Part shown: piece after piece, positions 1 to 6,781 of the stretch | Layout of the letters: every line of letters starts with the position of its first letter | Position numbering within the stretch: position 1 is the first letter of the stretch | Origin: a virus | Reading direction: 5' to 3' (one strand) | Virus record (IMG/VR): IMGVR_UViG_3300010412_001298 | Length of the DNA stretch: 17,623 nucleotides | The notes under the pieces: model-generated | The model's database searches: none | What the model was told of the DNA's origin: nothing | Seen by the model: the letters and a program-made list of their open reading frames with translations, nothing else | Made by a program: the position numbers and the translations under genes

Positions 1-22
1 TAATATTGAAATAAAATAAAAC

Positions 23-51
23 TTGACTTTTTTAAAATTATAATATATAAT
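23..51 (+). promoter_or_regulatory. sigma70-type promoter, TTGACT-N17-TATAAT
   Basis: TTGACT at 23-28, 17-nt spacer, TATAAT at 46-51. Same architecture as the other promoters in the window. Confidence 0.5.
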
Positions 52-149
52 AACTTTATAACAACTAAATAATAAATAATTTGATGATCATTGTTTTTAA
101 AAAAACAAAAACAAACAAATAAATAATATAACTTAAAAGGTTTTTTTAA

Positions 150-334
150 ATGATCATTAAATATTCAAAACAAGAATTATATTGAAAATATCAATCATAC
201 AACAATTAAAACTTTTTATTTTTGGTAAAACAAGAAGACAACAAACTTGTAAACATCAACAAACAAATCATATTGGTGGTCAAGTACAATGTTGTGATTG
301 TAAATTAAAATGGTCAAAAAAAGGATATTGGTAA
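150..334 (+). pseudogene. possible degenerate or frameshifted paralogue of the 335..586 zinc-ribbon protein
   Basis: The frame open over 161-334 ends ...TCKHQQTNHIGGQVQCCDCKLKWSKKGYW*. This parallels ECSHIHYTGIGNYYQCIDCNYKWISGK of the next ORF. It has no in-frame ATG: the ATG at 150 is in another frame and stops at TGA 183-185. Confidence 0.3.
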
Positions 335-586
335 ATGTTACAATTTGATTTAGACCAAATTCTTAAAAAATATTTAAAACAGACATATGAAGAATGTAGA
401 ACAAATATTAAACCATCAATTTCACCACGTCAATTAACAAATATTTTACATGAAATAATGGAATTAGAAAATATAGAATTGATACGTTTAAAAAATAAAA
501 AAGAATGTTCACATATACATTATACAGGAATTGGCAATTATTATCAATGTATAGATTGTAATTATAAATGGATATCAGGTAAATGA
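335..586 (+). CDS. small hypothetical protein with a C-terminal CxH...CxxC zinc-ribbon-like motif
   Basis: 83-aa ORF with C-terminal C-x-H-x12-C-x2-C. Its stop forms an ATGA overlap with the next gene. Confidence 0.6.
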   Translation: MLQFDLDQILKKYLKQTYEECRTNIKPSISPRQLTNILHEIMELENIELIRLKNKKECSHIHYTGIGNYYQCIDCNYKWISGK

Positions 587-1146
587 TAGAAATATTATCG
601 ATAAAAATATTATTAACTAATAGTTGTGATATTGTTTATATAGAAACAACATATCCAAATCCTATTTATCCATTTGATAAAAATATGGTAATGAAATTTG
701 AATGTGCAAAAGATCATGCTATACCATTCATAGAAAAACATTTTAATGAATTTTCAGATTATGAAATCATCAACACAAGAAAAATACAAAACGTAATGAA
801 ACTTTTAAATATTTCAGATATTATTGAAGGAACAAATTGCATAAGTAAAGAACATGGTAAAAAAGTTTATGATATAATTATAAATAGTTTAAAAGAATAT
901 AATACAATACAATTATCTTTTAAAGGTATTAATGATATAACATCACATTTTTTTAATAATGCTATTGGAAATTTATTAAAATATTATACAAAAGAAGAAT
1001 TAAAAAACAGAATAAAAATTATTGATATTAATAAAAACGATTTGTTTTTATTAAAACGTGTAGTTGATAATTCATTTGAAATTTTCAATAAAAGAGAAAG
1101 CTATGAAAATAACAAAAATACAAATCAGTCAAATAGAAGATTATAA
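583..1146 (+). CDS. hypothetical protein: N-terminal small domain (local paralogue family) fused to a STAS-like (DUF4325-type) domain
   Basis: Residues ~75-175 (LNISDIIEGTNCISKEHGKKVYDIIINSL...IQLSFKGINDITSHFFNNAIGNLL...LLKRVVDNS) fit the pattern I recall for DUF4325/STAS-like domains. The N-terminal ~65 aa resembles the products of 1103..1312 and 1387..1572. Confidence 0.6.
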   Translation: MIEILSIKILLTNSCDIVYIETTYPNPIYPFDKNMVMKFECAKDHAIPFIEKHFNEFSDYEIINTRKIQNVMKLLNISDIIEGTNCISKEHGKKVYDIIINSLKEYNTIQLSFKGINDITSHFFNNAIGNLLKYYTKEELKNRIKIIDINKNDLFLLKRVVDNSFEIFNKRESYENNKNTNQSNRRL

Positions 1147-1312
1147 TGATGTTGTTTTTCTAATAACAGATATATTAGATCCCAATTGTGAAGAACATAA
1201 TGAAATTTCTAATCAAAAAGAATATTTAGATTTAGAATTTAATTGTCCTGAAGGAACAGCTGAAGATTTTGTTGAAAAACATTGGCCAAATGTAGAAATA
1301 GTATTTATTTAA
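1103..1312 (+). CDS. small hypothetical protein (paralogue family, ~65-70 aa)
   Basis: I prefer the ATG at 1103 (MKITKIQ...) over the track start at 1064, because AAAGAGAAAG lies upstream. The C-terminus EGTAEDFVEKHWPNVEIVFI parallels EGTGKEFAKNNWPGVKIKIH of the next gene. Confidence 0.6.
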   Translation: MKITKIQISQIEDYNDVVFLITDILDPNCEEHNEISNQKEYLDLEFNCPEGTAEDFVEKHWPNVEIVFI

Positions 1313-1319
1313 AAAAAAG

Positions 1320-1347
1320 TTGACATTTTTATTTTTTCATGTATAAT
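1320..1347 (+). promoter_or_regulatory. sigma70-type promoter, TTGACA-N16-TATAAT, with conserved AGTATACATACAAAC downstream box
   Basis: TTGACA at 1320-1325 and TATAAT at 1342-1347, followed by the agtatacatacaaacaaacacac leader shared with the other promoters. Confidence 0.7.
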
Positions 1348-1386
1348 AGTATACATACAAACAAACACACAGGAAAAAGAAAGAAA

Positions 1387-1572
1387 ATGCACATTTCAAA
1401 AATCAAAATAATAACACAAGAAGACAAAAACGATATCATTATATTAAAAATGAAATCAGATTTACCGAAAACAAAAATAAAAGATTTCAGATTCACATGG
1501 AATGAAGGAACAGGCAAAGAATTTGCCAAAAACAATTGGCCCGGTGTCAAAATCAAAATACACAAAAAATAA
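1387..1572 (+). CDS. small hypothetical protein (paralogue of 1103..1312)
   Basis: The ATG at 1387 is preceded by AGGAAAAAGAAAGAAA. The track N-terminal extension from 1339 would begin inside the promoter. Sequence family resemblance as noted above. Confidence 0.6.
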   Translation: MHISKIKIITQEDKNDIIILKMKSDLPKTKIKDFRFTWNEGTGKEFAKNNWPGVKIKIHKK

Positions 1573-1580
1573 AGATTAAA

Positions 1581-1933
1581 GGGGTTGACAGGTTTCGACA
1601 TTTTTTTAAAAATATCATAGCCATATCGAGCAACAGAAAATCTCGTAAATCTATCTGTAAAAAAAATTAGACGCAAACGACGCATCTTACGCTTTGGTAG
1701 CATAACCATTTTTATATAATAATTTTCTTATAGAGTATTATATAAAAAGCAAAAACAAATATAAGATCGCAAAATAATTAGTTCAAAATTATTTGTTAAA
1801 TCCAAAATGAACTCGTATTTTTTAATCGTTTTTATCAGATTATCAAATATTAAATAAAAAAGATAAAATAAATATGTAAAAAGCTATTTTATAAATGAAT
1901 TAATGGATGGGGGTTCGAGTCCCCCCAACTCCA
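1581..1933 (+). ncRNA. ssrA: tmRNA (transfer-messenger RNA), one-piece; tag reading frame GCA AAC GAC GCA TCT TAC GCT TTG GTA GCA TAA = ANDASYALVA
   Basis: The 5' end GGGGTTGACAGGTTTCGAC matches the tmRNA consensus GGGGnUGAnnnnGGnUUCGAC. The 3' end is GGATGGGGGTTCGAGTCCCCC-CAACTCC-A, a T-arm plus acceptor strand. The acceptor pairing GGGGTTG/CAACTCC includes the G3:U alanine identity pair. The tag ORF lies at 1673-1705. CCA is not encoded. Confidence 0.9.
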
Positions 1934-1953
1934 AAAATACAAAATAATTCTTT

Positions 1954-1990
1954 ACTGATAAACAAAGGGCTTTGTTTATCAGTTATTTTA
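1954..1990 (+). terminator. hairpin terminator downstream of the tmRNA
   Basis: actgataaacaaa / tttgtttatcagt forms a 13-bp stem (1954-1966 / 1971-1983) with loop gggc, followed by a T-rich tract. Confidence 0.6.
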
Positions 1991-2004
1991 TTGGAAAAAC
2001 AAAA

Positions 2005-2523
2005 ATGGAAGATATTTATTGGCAAATAAATAAAACAGAATATATTTTATATTATAAAAAACAAAAAATAGGATCAATCATAAAAAACAAACAACAATAT
2101 GAATGGACTTTTTTTTATAATAATATTTTAAAAAATGGAATAGGAATAAAAATAGATAAAATAAAGGAATATTTAGAAAAAACAATACAAAATATACAAA
2201 AAGATTTTTCAGAATATAAAAAAAATATAGAATTAATAATAAATCAATCAATTGAAGAAGAAATTATTCACTATTTAAAAGAAAAAGAAATCAGTATAGA
2301 AGAATTTTATAATCTATACAAAATACCATTAAAAATATTAAAAAAATATAATATAAGAAAAGAAACAATAAATTTCAACATAGAATATGATGAAATAAAT
2401 AAACTAATATATGAAATAACAATCAAAACAGATGATGAAACATTAATAAAAATAAATAATGAATTAGACGAAAAAACTTGTTCACAAAATATATTAATAA
2501 TATACACAAAAGAAAATAAATGA
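2005..2523 (+). CDS. hypothetical protein
   Basis: I prefer the ATG at 2005 (MEDIYW...). The track start at 1972 (TTG) lies inside the terminator hairpin. ATGA overlap with the next gene. Confidence 0.55.
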   Translation: MEDIYWQINKTEYILYYKKQKIGSIIKNKQQYEWTFFYNNILKNGIGIKIDKIKEYLEKTIQNIQKDFSEYKKNIELIINQSIEEEIIHYLKEKEISIEEFYNLYKIPLKILKKYNIRKETINFNIEYDEINKLIYEITIKTDDETLIKINNELDEKTCSQNILIIYTKENK

Positions 2524-2891
2524 ATTCATTAGATTATTACAGTATAATAAAAGGATGGGATGTAGAATTATTTCTAACAAAAGGCATAAGATATTGTACC
2601 ATTTACAAAAAAAATACACAAACATTAAAAGATAGTTTATTAGTAGAATATACAGATGGAACAAGACGATTTGTAAATGGAATATATTTATTCACAGAAA
2701 ATTCTTTAGCAATACAATATATAGAAGAACATAGAAATCGACGAATAAATGAATTAAAATTTGCACAAATTGAATTAAATGCTAAAATAGAAAAAGTAAT
2801 AAAAGATTATTTAAACATCAAAAATGAAAAAATTGTAGGAAATAAAATACAAAAAACAACATTCAGTATAGAAACAACAAAATGGAATTAA
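2520..2891 (+). CDS. hypothetical protein
   Basis: 123-aa ORF, translationally coupled by overlaps at both ends. Confidence 0.55.
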   Translation: MNSLDYYSIIKGWDVELFLTKGIRYCTIYKKNTQTLKDSLLVEYTDGTRRFVNGIYLFTENSLAIQYIEEHRNRRINELKFAQIELNAKIEKVIKDYLNIKNEKIVGNKIQKTTFSIETTKWN

Positions 2892-3283
2892 AAATACGAT
2901 TCAAACATATCAAATTAAAAAATCAAATATTAACAATTTGTGTAAATAAAAATTTAGAAAAAATAACATTTGGATGGTGTATAAATCCTGCTGAAAATTG
3001 GATTAGAAAAAAAGCTAATGAACAAGTCAAAATAAATTATAATGAAACACCATTAAATTTTGATATATCTAAAGATGAACCAGTAATAAGTGATTATATT
3101 AATTTAAGAATATTATTAATAATATTTTCAAAAATAATAATAAAAACAAAAAAAGATATATTTATACAACATACAATAAAAAAAATAATAGAAGAAACAA
3201 TAACATTATTAAGTTGTAGAATAATCAAATATCATTATATAGCACAAAATCCTAAAAATGATTTAAGAATATGTTCGAAATAG
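2882..3283 (+). CDS. hypothetical protein
   Basis: 133-aa ORF overlapping both neighbours. No recognisable motif. Confidence 0.5.
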   Translation: MELKIRFKHIKLKNQILTICVNKNLEKITFGWCINPAENWIRKKANEQVKINYNETPLNFDISKDEPVISDYINLRILLIIFSKIIIKTKKDIFIQHTIKKIIEETITLLSCRIIKYHYIAQNPKNDLRICSK

Positions 3284-3978
3284 ATAACAATACACTTATA
3301 AAAACAGCATATATTTATGGAAATATAGGTGTCGCTATTTTTGAACAAAAAGATAATGAACAACAATTATTATTGGAATATGATTTAGAAACAGGAAATG
3401 AAAAACTTAGAAAAATAAATAAAATTGATTTGATGTCATTAATCAATAATGATTCAATTCAAATAAAAAATATCCTATATAAAGAATTAAAAAATAAATT
3501 AATCAAAATATCATATGCTTTTGAAGCATTGAGTTGTTTTTTGAACGGTTTAGATAATGATTTAACAAAAGAAACTCGTTTATATGCAATAGAATTATGT
3601 GAAATATTATGTAAAGAAGATGATACAATAATTGATTTTATTGAAGATCGTTTAATTGGTTATCCGTTAAATGATGATTTATGTTTTAATGATGCAATTT
3701 TAATTAGTAAAAAATCTAAAATTGTACATGAATTATATAATACTATATTTTCATTAAAAAAACTCAATAAAATATTCCATCAATCATTTAATGAAATAAT
3801 GAAAAATTTAAAATACACAGAAACACATAAAAAACGAATATTAAAAGAATTGATAGAAACAGGAATGATTGCCATATTAATAAAACAACAATCACAAATA
3901 AATTATACATTAGATATTTTTCAAATGAAAATAGTTTTTTTAATTAAAGATTTTTTAAACATATTTAAATATAAATAA
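3271..3978 (+). CDS. hypothetical protein
   Basis: 235-aa ORF. No recognisable motif. Confidence 0.55.
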   Translation: MFEIDNNTLIKTAYIYGNIGVAIFEQKDNEQQLLLEYDLETGNEKLRKINKIDLMSLINNDSIQIKNILYKELKNKLIKISYAFEALSCFLNGLDNDLTKETRLYAIELCEILCKEDDTIIDFIEDRLIGYPLNDDLCFNDAILISKKSKIVHELYNTIFSLKKLNKIFHQSFNEIMKNLKYTETHKKRILKELIETGMIAILIKQQSQINYTLDIFQMKIVFLIKDFLNIFKYK

Positions 3979-4029
3979 AAATATATGTAGATATGTTGAA
4001 TAAACATAGACGCATAATATTTTTTTTAT

Positions 4030-4102
4030 GCGAGTATGTTCCAAAGGTATGATAAAATGGCTTCCGACCAATTAGATAGGGGTTCGACTCCCCTTACTCG
4101 CT
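4030..4102 (+). tRNA. tRNA-Gly(UCC)-like, 73 nt, CCA not encoded
   Basis: The acceptor GCGAGTA/TACTCGC is a perfect 7 bp. The T-arm is AGGGG-TTCGACT-CCCCT. U8, A14 and the GG of the D-loop are present. The anticodon loop is CT-TCC-GA. G1:C72, C2:G71, G3:C70 and U73 match bacterial Gly identity elements. The D-stem pairs at only 2 of 4 positions and the anticodon stem has one A:A mismatch. Confidence 0.65.
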
Positions 4103-4124
4103 CAATATAATATAAAGGAAAAAT

Positions 4125-4178
4125 ATGGATGAAATTACAAATACAAAAGTTACAGGTGGTGAACCAGCAAAAATTTAA
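4125..4178 (+). CDS. possible 17-aa micro-ORF (MDEITNTKVTGGEPAKI)
   Basis: AAAGGA lies 5-10 nt upstream of the ATG. The ORF sits between the tRNA and a strong terminator. It is too short to support by composition. Confidence 0.25.
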   Translation: MDEITNTKVTGGEPAKI

Positions 4179-4199
4179 TTAAAATTAAATATAAAAAAA

Positions 4200-4232
4200 A
4201 ATAAGGGAATATTTATTCCCTTATTTTTTTTT
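4200..4232 (+). terminator. rho-independent terminator
   Basis: aataagggaat / attcccttatt forms an 11-bp stem with a 4-nt loop, followed by a T-run of about 9. The A-run upstream gives it a bidirectional appearance. Confidence 0.8.
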
Positions 4233-4233
4233 A

Positions 4234-4261
4234 TTGACATTTTTTTAAAAATATGTATAAT
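4234..4261 (+). promoter_or_regulatory. sigma70-type promoter, TTGACA-N16-TATAAT
   Basis: TTGACA at 4234-4239 and TATAAT at 4256-4261. The next ATG (4271) is only 10 nt after the -10 box. Confidence 0.7.
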
Positions 4262-4270
4262 AGTATTATT

Positions 4271-4414
4271 ATGAAACAATTAATAATGGATATCAAACAA
4301 ATAATAAAAATAGATAGAAGAATCAAACAAATAATAAAAATTGGTGGTTCATTGACTATATTTTTCTTCATATTAGCTATTTTAAGTATCATTTTACGTT
4401 ATCTAACACAATGA
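4271..4414 (+). CDS. small membrane protein (47 aa), possibly translated from a leaderless or near-leaderless mRNA
   Basis: MKQLIMDIKQIIKIDRRIKQIIKIGGSLTIFFFILAILSIILRYLTQ*. The C-terminal half is hydrophobic. ATGA overlap with the 4411 gene. It contains a 20-nt internal direct repeat, atcaaacaaataataaaaat. It is below the ORF-track size cutoff. Confidence 0.45.
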   Translation: MKQLIMDIKQIIKIDRRIKQIIKIGGSLTIFFFILAILSIILRYLTQ

Positions 4415-4833
4415 AAAAAACAAAAATCAATTCAGAAATTTTTTCAACCCCATATATATTATCACGATTAAAAAGTATACACTATGAATTAGATAACATA
4501 TATGACATAAGTAAAAGAAAATATTTAAAATGTTTTTTTTCTTTATCTAATCAATCATTAGATGATATGATAAAAAAAATAAAAGAAGAAGATATAATAT
4601 CTATAGATGAAGAAAAAATAAAAATATCATATTTAACAGGACAAATCATAGAAGGATATTCTTTTTTAGGTATACAAAAAAATGAACAAATAGTACAAAG
4701 TCTTATTGAATTACCACAATCAGATTGGGAAAGATTCACTAATTCAAAAACATTTGATATACTTACAACAATCATATCAATCATCATATCAATCATGATT
4801 TTTTGTATGATATTATATATCGTAATACAATAG
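4411..4833 (+). CDS. tail-anchored membrane protein (shares its C-terminal module with 4841..5281)
   Basis: The C-terminus GIQKNEQIVQSL..QSDWERFTNSKTFDILTTIISIIISIMIFCMILYIVIQ is nearly identical at the DNA level to the 3' end of the next gene. Confidence 0.6.
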   Translation: MKKTKINSEIFSTPYILSRLKSIHYELDNIYDISKRKYLKCFFSLSNQSLDDMIKKIKEEDIISIDEEKIKISYLTGQIIEGYSFLGIQKNEQIVQSLIELPQSDWERFTNSKTFDILTTIISIIISIMIFCMILYIVIQ

Positions 4834-4857
4834 GAAAGTTATGTTGGAAAAAAATAC
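4664..4857 (+). repeat. copy 1 of a ~190-bp direct repeat cassette (TM-tail coding end + stop + RBS + ATG TTG GAA AAA)
   Basis: Near-identical to 5115..5304, apart from a 12-nt insertion (attgaattacca), small 3- and 6-nt indels and a few substitutions. Confidence 0.85.
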
Positions 4858-5281
4858 AAAAATTTTTGTCAGAGAATTTGCAGATAGTAAAATAACCAAT
4901 AATGGATATTATGGAACCATTGTAGGTATAGTAACAATAGCTAATCCAATGTCAAATGGTCTTGGTTCTTTCAGTCATAATCAATATATTGTTGAAATAA
5001 CAGATAGAAACAATTCTGATTTATTAGAAAATTATAATTTTGATTATATTGCTGTTTTTGAAAATTTTATAACAATTATACCAGAAAAACAAAATACTAA
5101 TCCGTATGGTACTATTTTAGGTATACAAAAAAATGAACAAATAGTACAAAGTCTTCAACAATCAGATTGGGAAAGATTCACTAATTCAAAAACATTTTAT
5201 ATACTTACAATCATCATATCAATCATCATATCAATAATGATTTTTTGTATGATATTATATTTATATATCGTAATACAATAG
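4841..5281 (+). CDS. tail-anchored membrane protein; N-terminal domain homologous to the 5289..5492 product
   Basis: RBS AGGAAAG. The N-terminus YYGTIVGIVTIANP...QYIVEITD parallels GKIVGIASIEQP...QYNIEIVD of the next ORF. The C-terminal TM module is repeated from 4411..4833. Confidence 0.6.
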   Translation: MLEKNTKIFVREFADSKITNNGYYGTIVGIVTIANPMSNGLGSFSHNQYIVEITDRNNSDLLENYNFDYIAVFENFITIIPEKQNTNPYGTILGIQKNEQIVQSLQQSDWERFTNSKTFYILTIIISIIISIMIFCMILYLYIVIQ

Positions 5282-5304
5282 GAAAGTTATGTTGGAAAAA
5301 ATAC
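5115..5304 (+). repeat. copy 2 of the ~190-bp direct repeat cassette
   Basis: See copy 1. This copy is bracketed by a perfect 15-bp direct repeat, ccgtatggtactatt (5102-5116 and 5304-5318). Confidence 0.85.
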
Positions 5305-5492
5305 CGTATGGTACTATTGTTCATATATATGATGGATATTTAGGAAAAATAGTAGGTATAGCATCAATAGAACAACCACTTATTGGTACACAATATAACA
5401 TTGAAATTGTTGATAAAGAAAAACATCAACAATTTCAAAATTATCCATATAGATGTATTGTAATACCAGAAATATTTATACAAAAATGTTAA
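5289..5492 (+). CDS. small hypothetical protein (domain shared with the N-terminus of 4841..5281)
   Basis: Same RBS and MLEK start as the 4841 gene. 67 aa. Confidence 0.55.
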   Translation: MLEKIPYGTIVHIYDGYLGKIVGIASIEQPLIGTQYNIEIVDKEKHQQFQNYPYRCIVIPEIFIQKC

Positions 5493-6394
5493 TAAAAAAA
5501 GAAAAAATAGAAAATACAATATCAGAATTTGAAAGATATAAATTCAATGATAAAATATTTACATTCACAAATAATCCAACAAATAAAAATGAATTAATAA
5601 TCGCACATAATGAAAATATAACAATATTTGATTTAGAAACAAGTGAAATCAAAAAACAAATAAAAGGTCATAATGAAATAATTTTAACCTTAATATATGA
5701 TAAAAAAGGTAAAAGATTTTTATCAGCAGGCTATGATAAAATAATAAAATTATGGTCAATAAAAAATAATGAAATTGAACTTATTCGTATATATAAAGGA
5801 CATGAAAAATTAATAAAATCTTTAGCATTTTCATCAGATAATAAATATATTTTATCAAGTAGTGCTGATAAAACTATAAAATTATGGTCAACTGAAACAG
5901 GTGAATTAATTCATACTTTTTATGGTCATATGAATTGGGTAATTTCAGCAATTTTTATTAATAATGATAAATTAATTGTTTCAGGAAGTTATGATAATAC
6001 AATAAAAATATGGGATTTTGAAACAAAAAAAATAAATTATACATTTCATGAACATACAGATAGTATAAAAACAATAGATTATAATTCAAATAATAAACTA
6101 TTAATAACAGGTAGTGCAGATAAAACATTAAAAATATGGGATATAGAACACAAAAAACATTTACAAACATATCAATTAAATGATATAGTAAATAATGTTT
6201 GTTTTGATTCATCTGGTCAATTTTTCTTAGGTGCAACTAATAAAGAATATATAAAAATATTTAATGTAAACACAAAAAAAATATATAAAACATTAATAGG
6301 CACAACCAATGAAATAGAAAAAGTAATATTCACTTCAAAAAATATAATATTAGCAAGTGATTTCAGTGGTAATTTATATAAATGGAAAATATAA
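5486..6394 (+). CDS. WD40-repeat beta-propeller protein
   Basis: Repeated GH...x27-30...(S/T)(G/S)(S/A)xDxT(I/L)K(I/L)W(D/S) units: GHNEIIL..YDKIIKLWS, GHEKLIK..ADKTIKLWS, GHMNWVI..YDNTIKIWD, EHTDSIK..ADKTLKIWD, plus 2-3 degenerate blades. I prefer the ATG at 5486 (MLIKKEK), which forms an ATGTTAA overlap with the previous stop. Confidence 0.85.
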   Translation: MLIKKEKIENTISEFERYKFNDKIFTFTNNPTNKNELIIAHNENITIFDLETSEIKKQIKGHNEIILTLIYDKKGKRFLSAGYDKIIKLWSIKNNEIELIRIYKGHEKLIKSLAFSSDNKYILSSSADKTIKLWSTETGELIHTFYGHMNWVISAIFINNDKLIVSGSYDNTIKIWDFETKKINYTFHEHTDSIKTIDYNSNNKLLITGSADKTLKIWDIEHKKHLQTYQLNDIVNNVCFDSSGQFFLGATNKEYIKIFNVNTKKIYKTLIGTTNEIEKVIFTSKNIILASDFSGNLYKWKI

Positions 6395-6780
6395 ATTCAA
6401 TATTATCAGATTTTGATCAACAAAATTTTCAAAAATATTCTGATTTAATTAATATATTAAATCAGAATATTTTTGAAAAGAATAGTATCAATTATAAGGA
6501 TATAATAAAACAATTAATAGAAATTGATAATAAATATGATGGTGGATTATTATGGTATTTAAGAAAATTTTATTACAATGATACATATTTTATTACACAT
6601 TTATTAATACCTTTAGAAAAAAATAAAAAAAAATATCAATGGAAATATGTAGTAATCAAAACATCTGATTATTATCAAGAAACTTTTTTTTATGGTAATG
6701 AATATATAAGAATCAAAAAAATAAATCTATTAAAAAATATAATTCTTTTAATTCTTATAATTGTTCTTATTATAATATAA
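6382..6780 (+). CDS. hypothetical protein with a C-terminal transmembrane segment
   Basis: 132-aa ORF overlapping the end of the WD40 gene. The C-terminus is LLKNIILLILIIVLIII. Confidence 0.5.
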   Translation: MENINSILSDFDQQNFQKYSDLINILNQNIFEKNSINYKDIIKQLIEIDNKYDGGLLWYLRKFYYNDTYFITHLLIPLEKNKKKYQWKYVVIKTSDYYQETFFYGNEYIRIKKINLLKNIILLILIIVLIII

Positions 6781-6781
6781 A

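Noticed and set aside
1329-1709. 126-aa minus-strand ORF from the six-frame track
   Set aside because: It lies antisense to a promoter, a supported small gene and the 5' half of the tmRNA. Its product is low-complexity and hydrophobic, typical of AT-rich antisense frames.
3996-4024. Possible promoter (TTGAAT ...) for the tRNA
   Set aside because: No acceptable -10 hexamer lies at 16-18 nt spacing. The tRNA is more likely processed from the upstream transcript.
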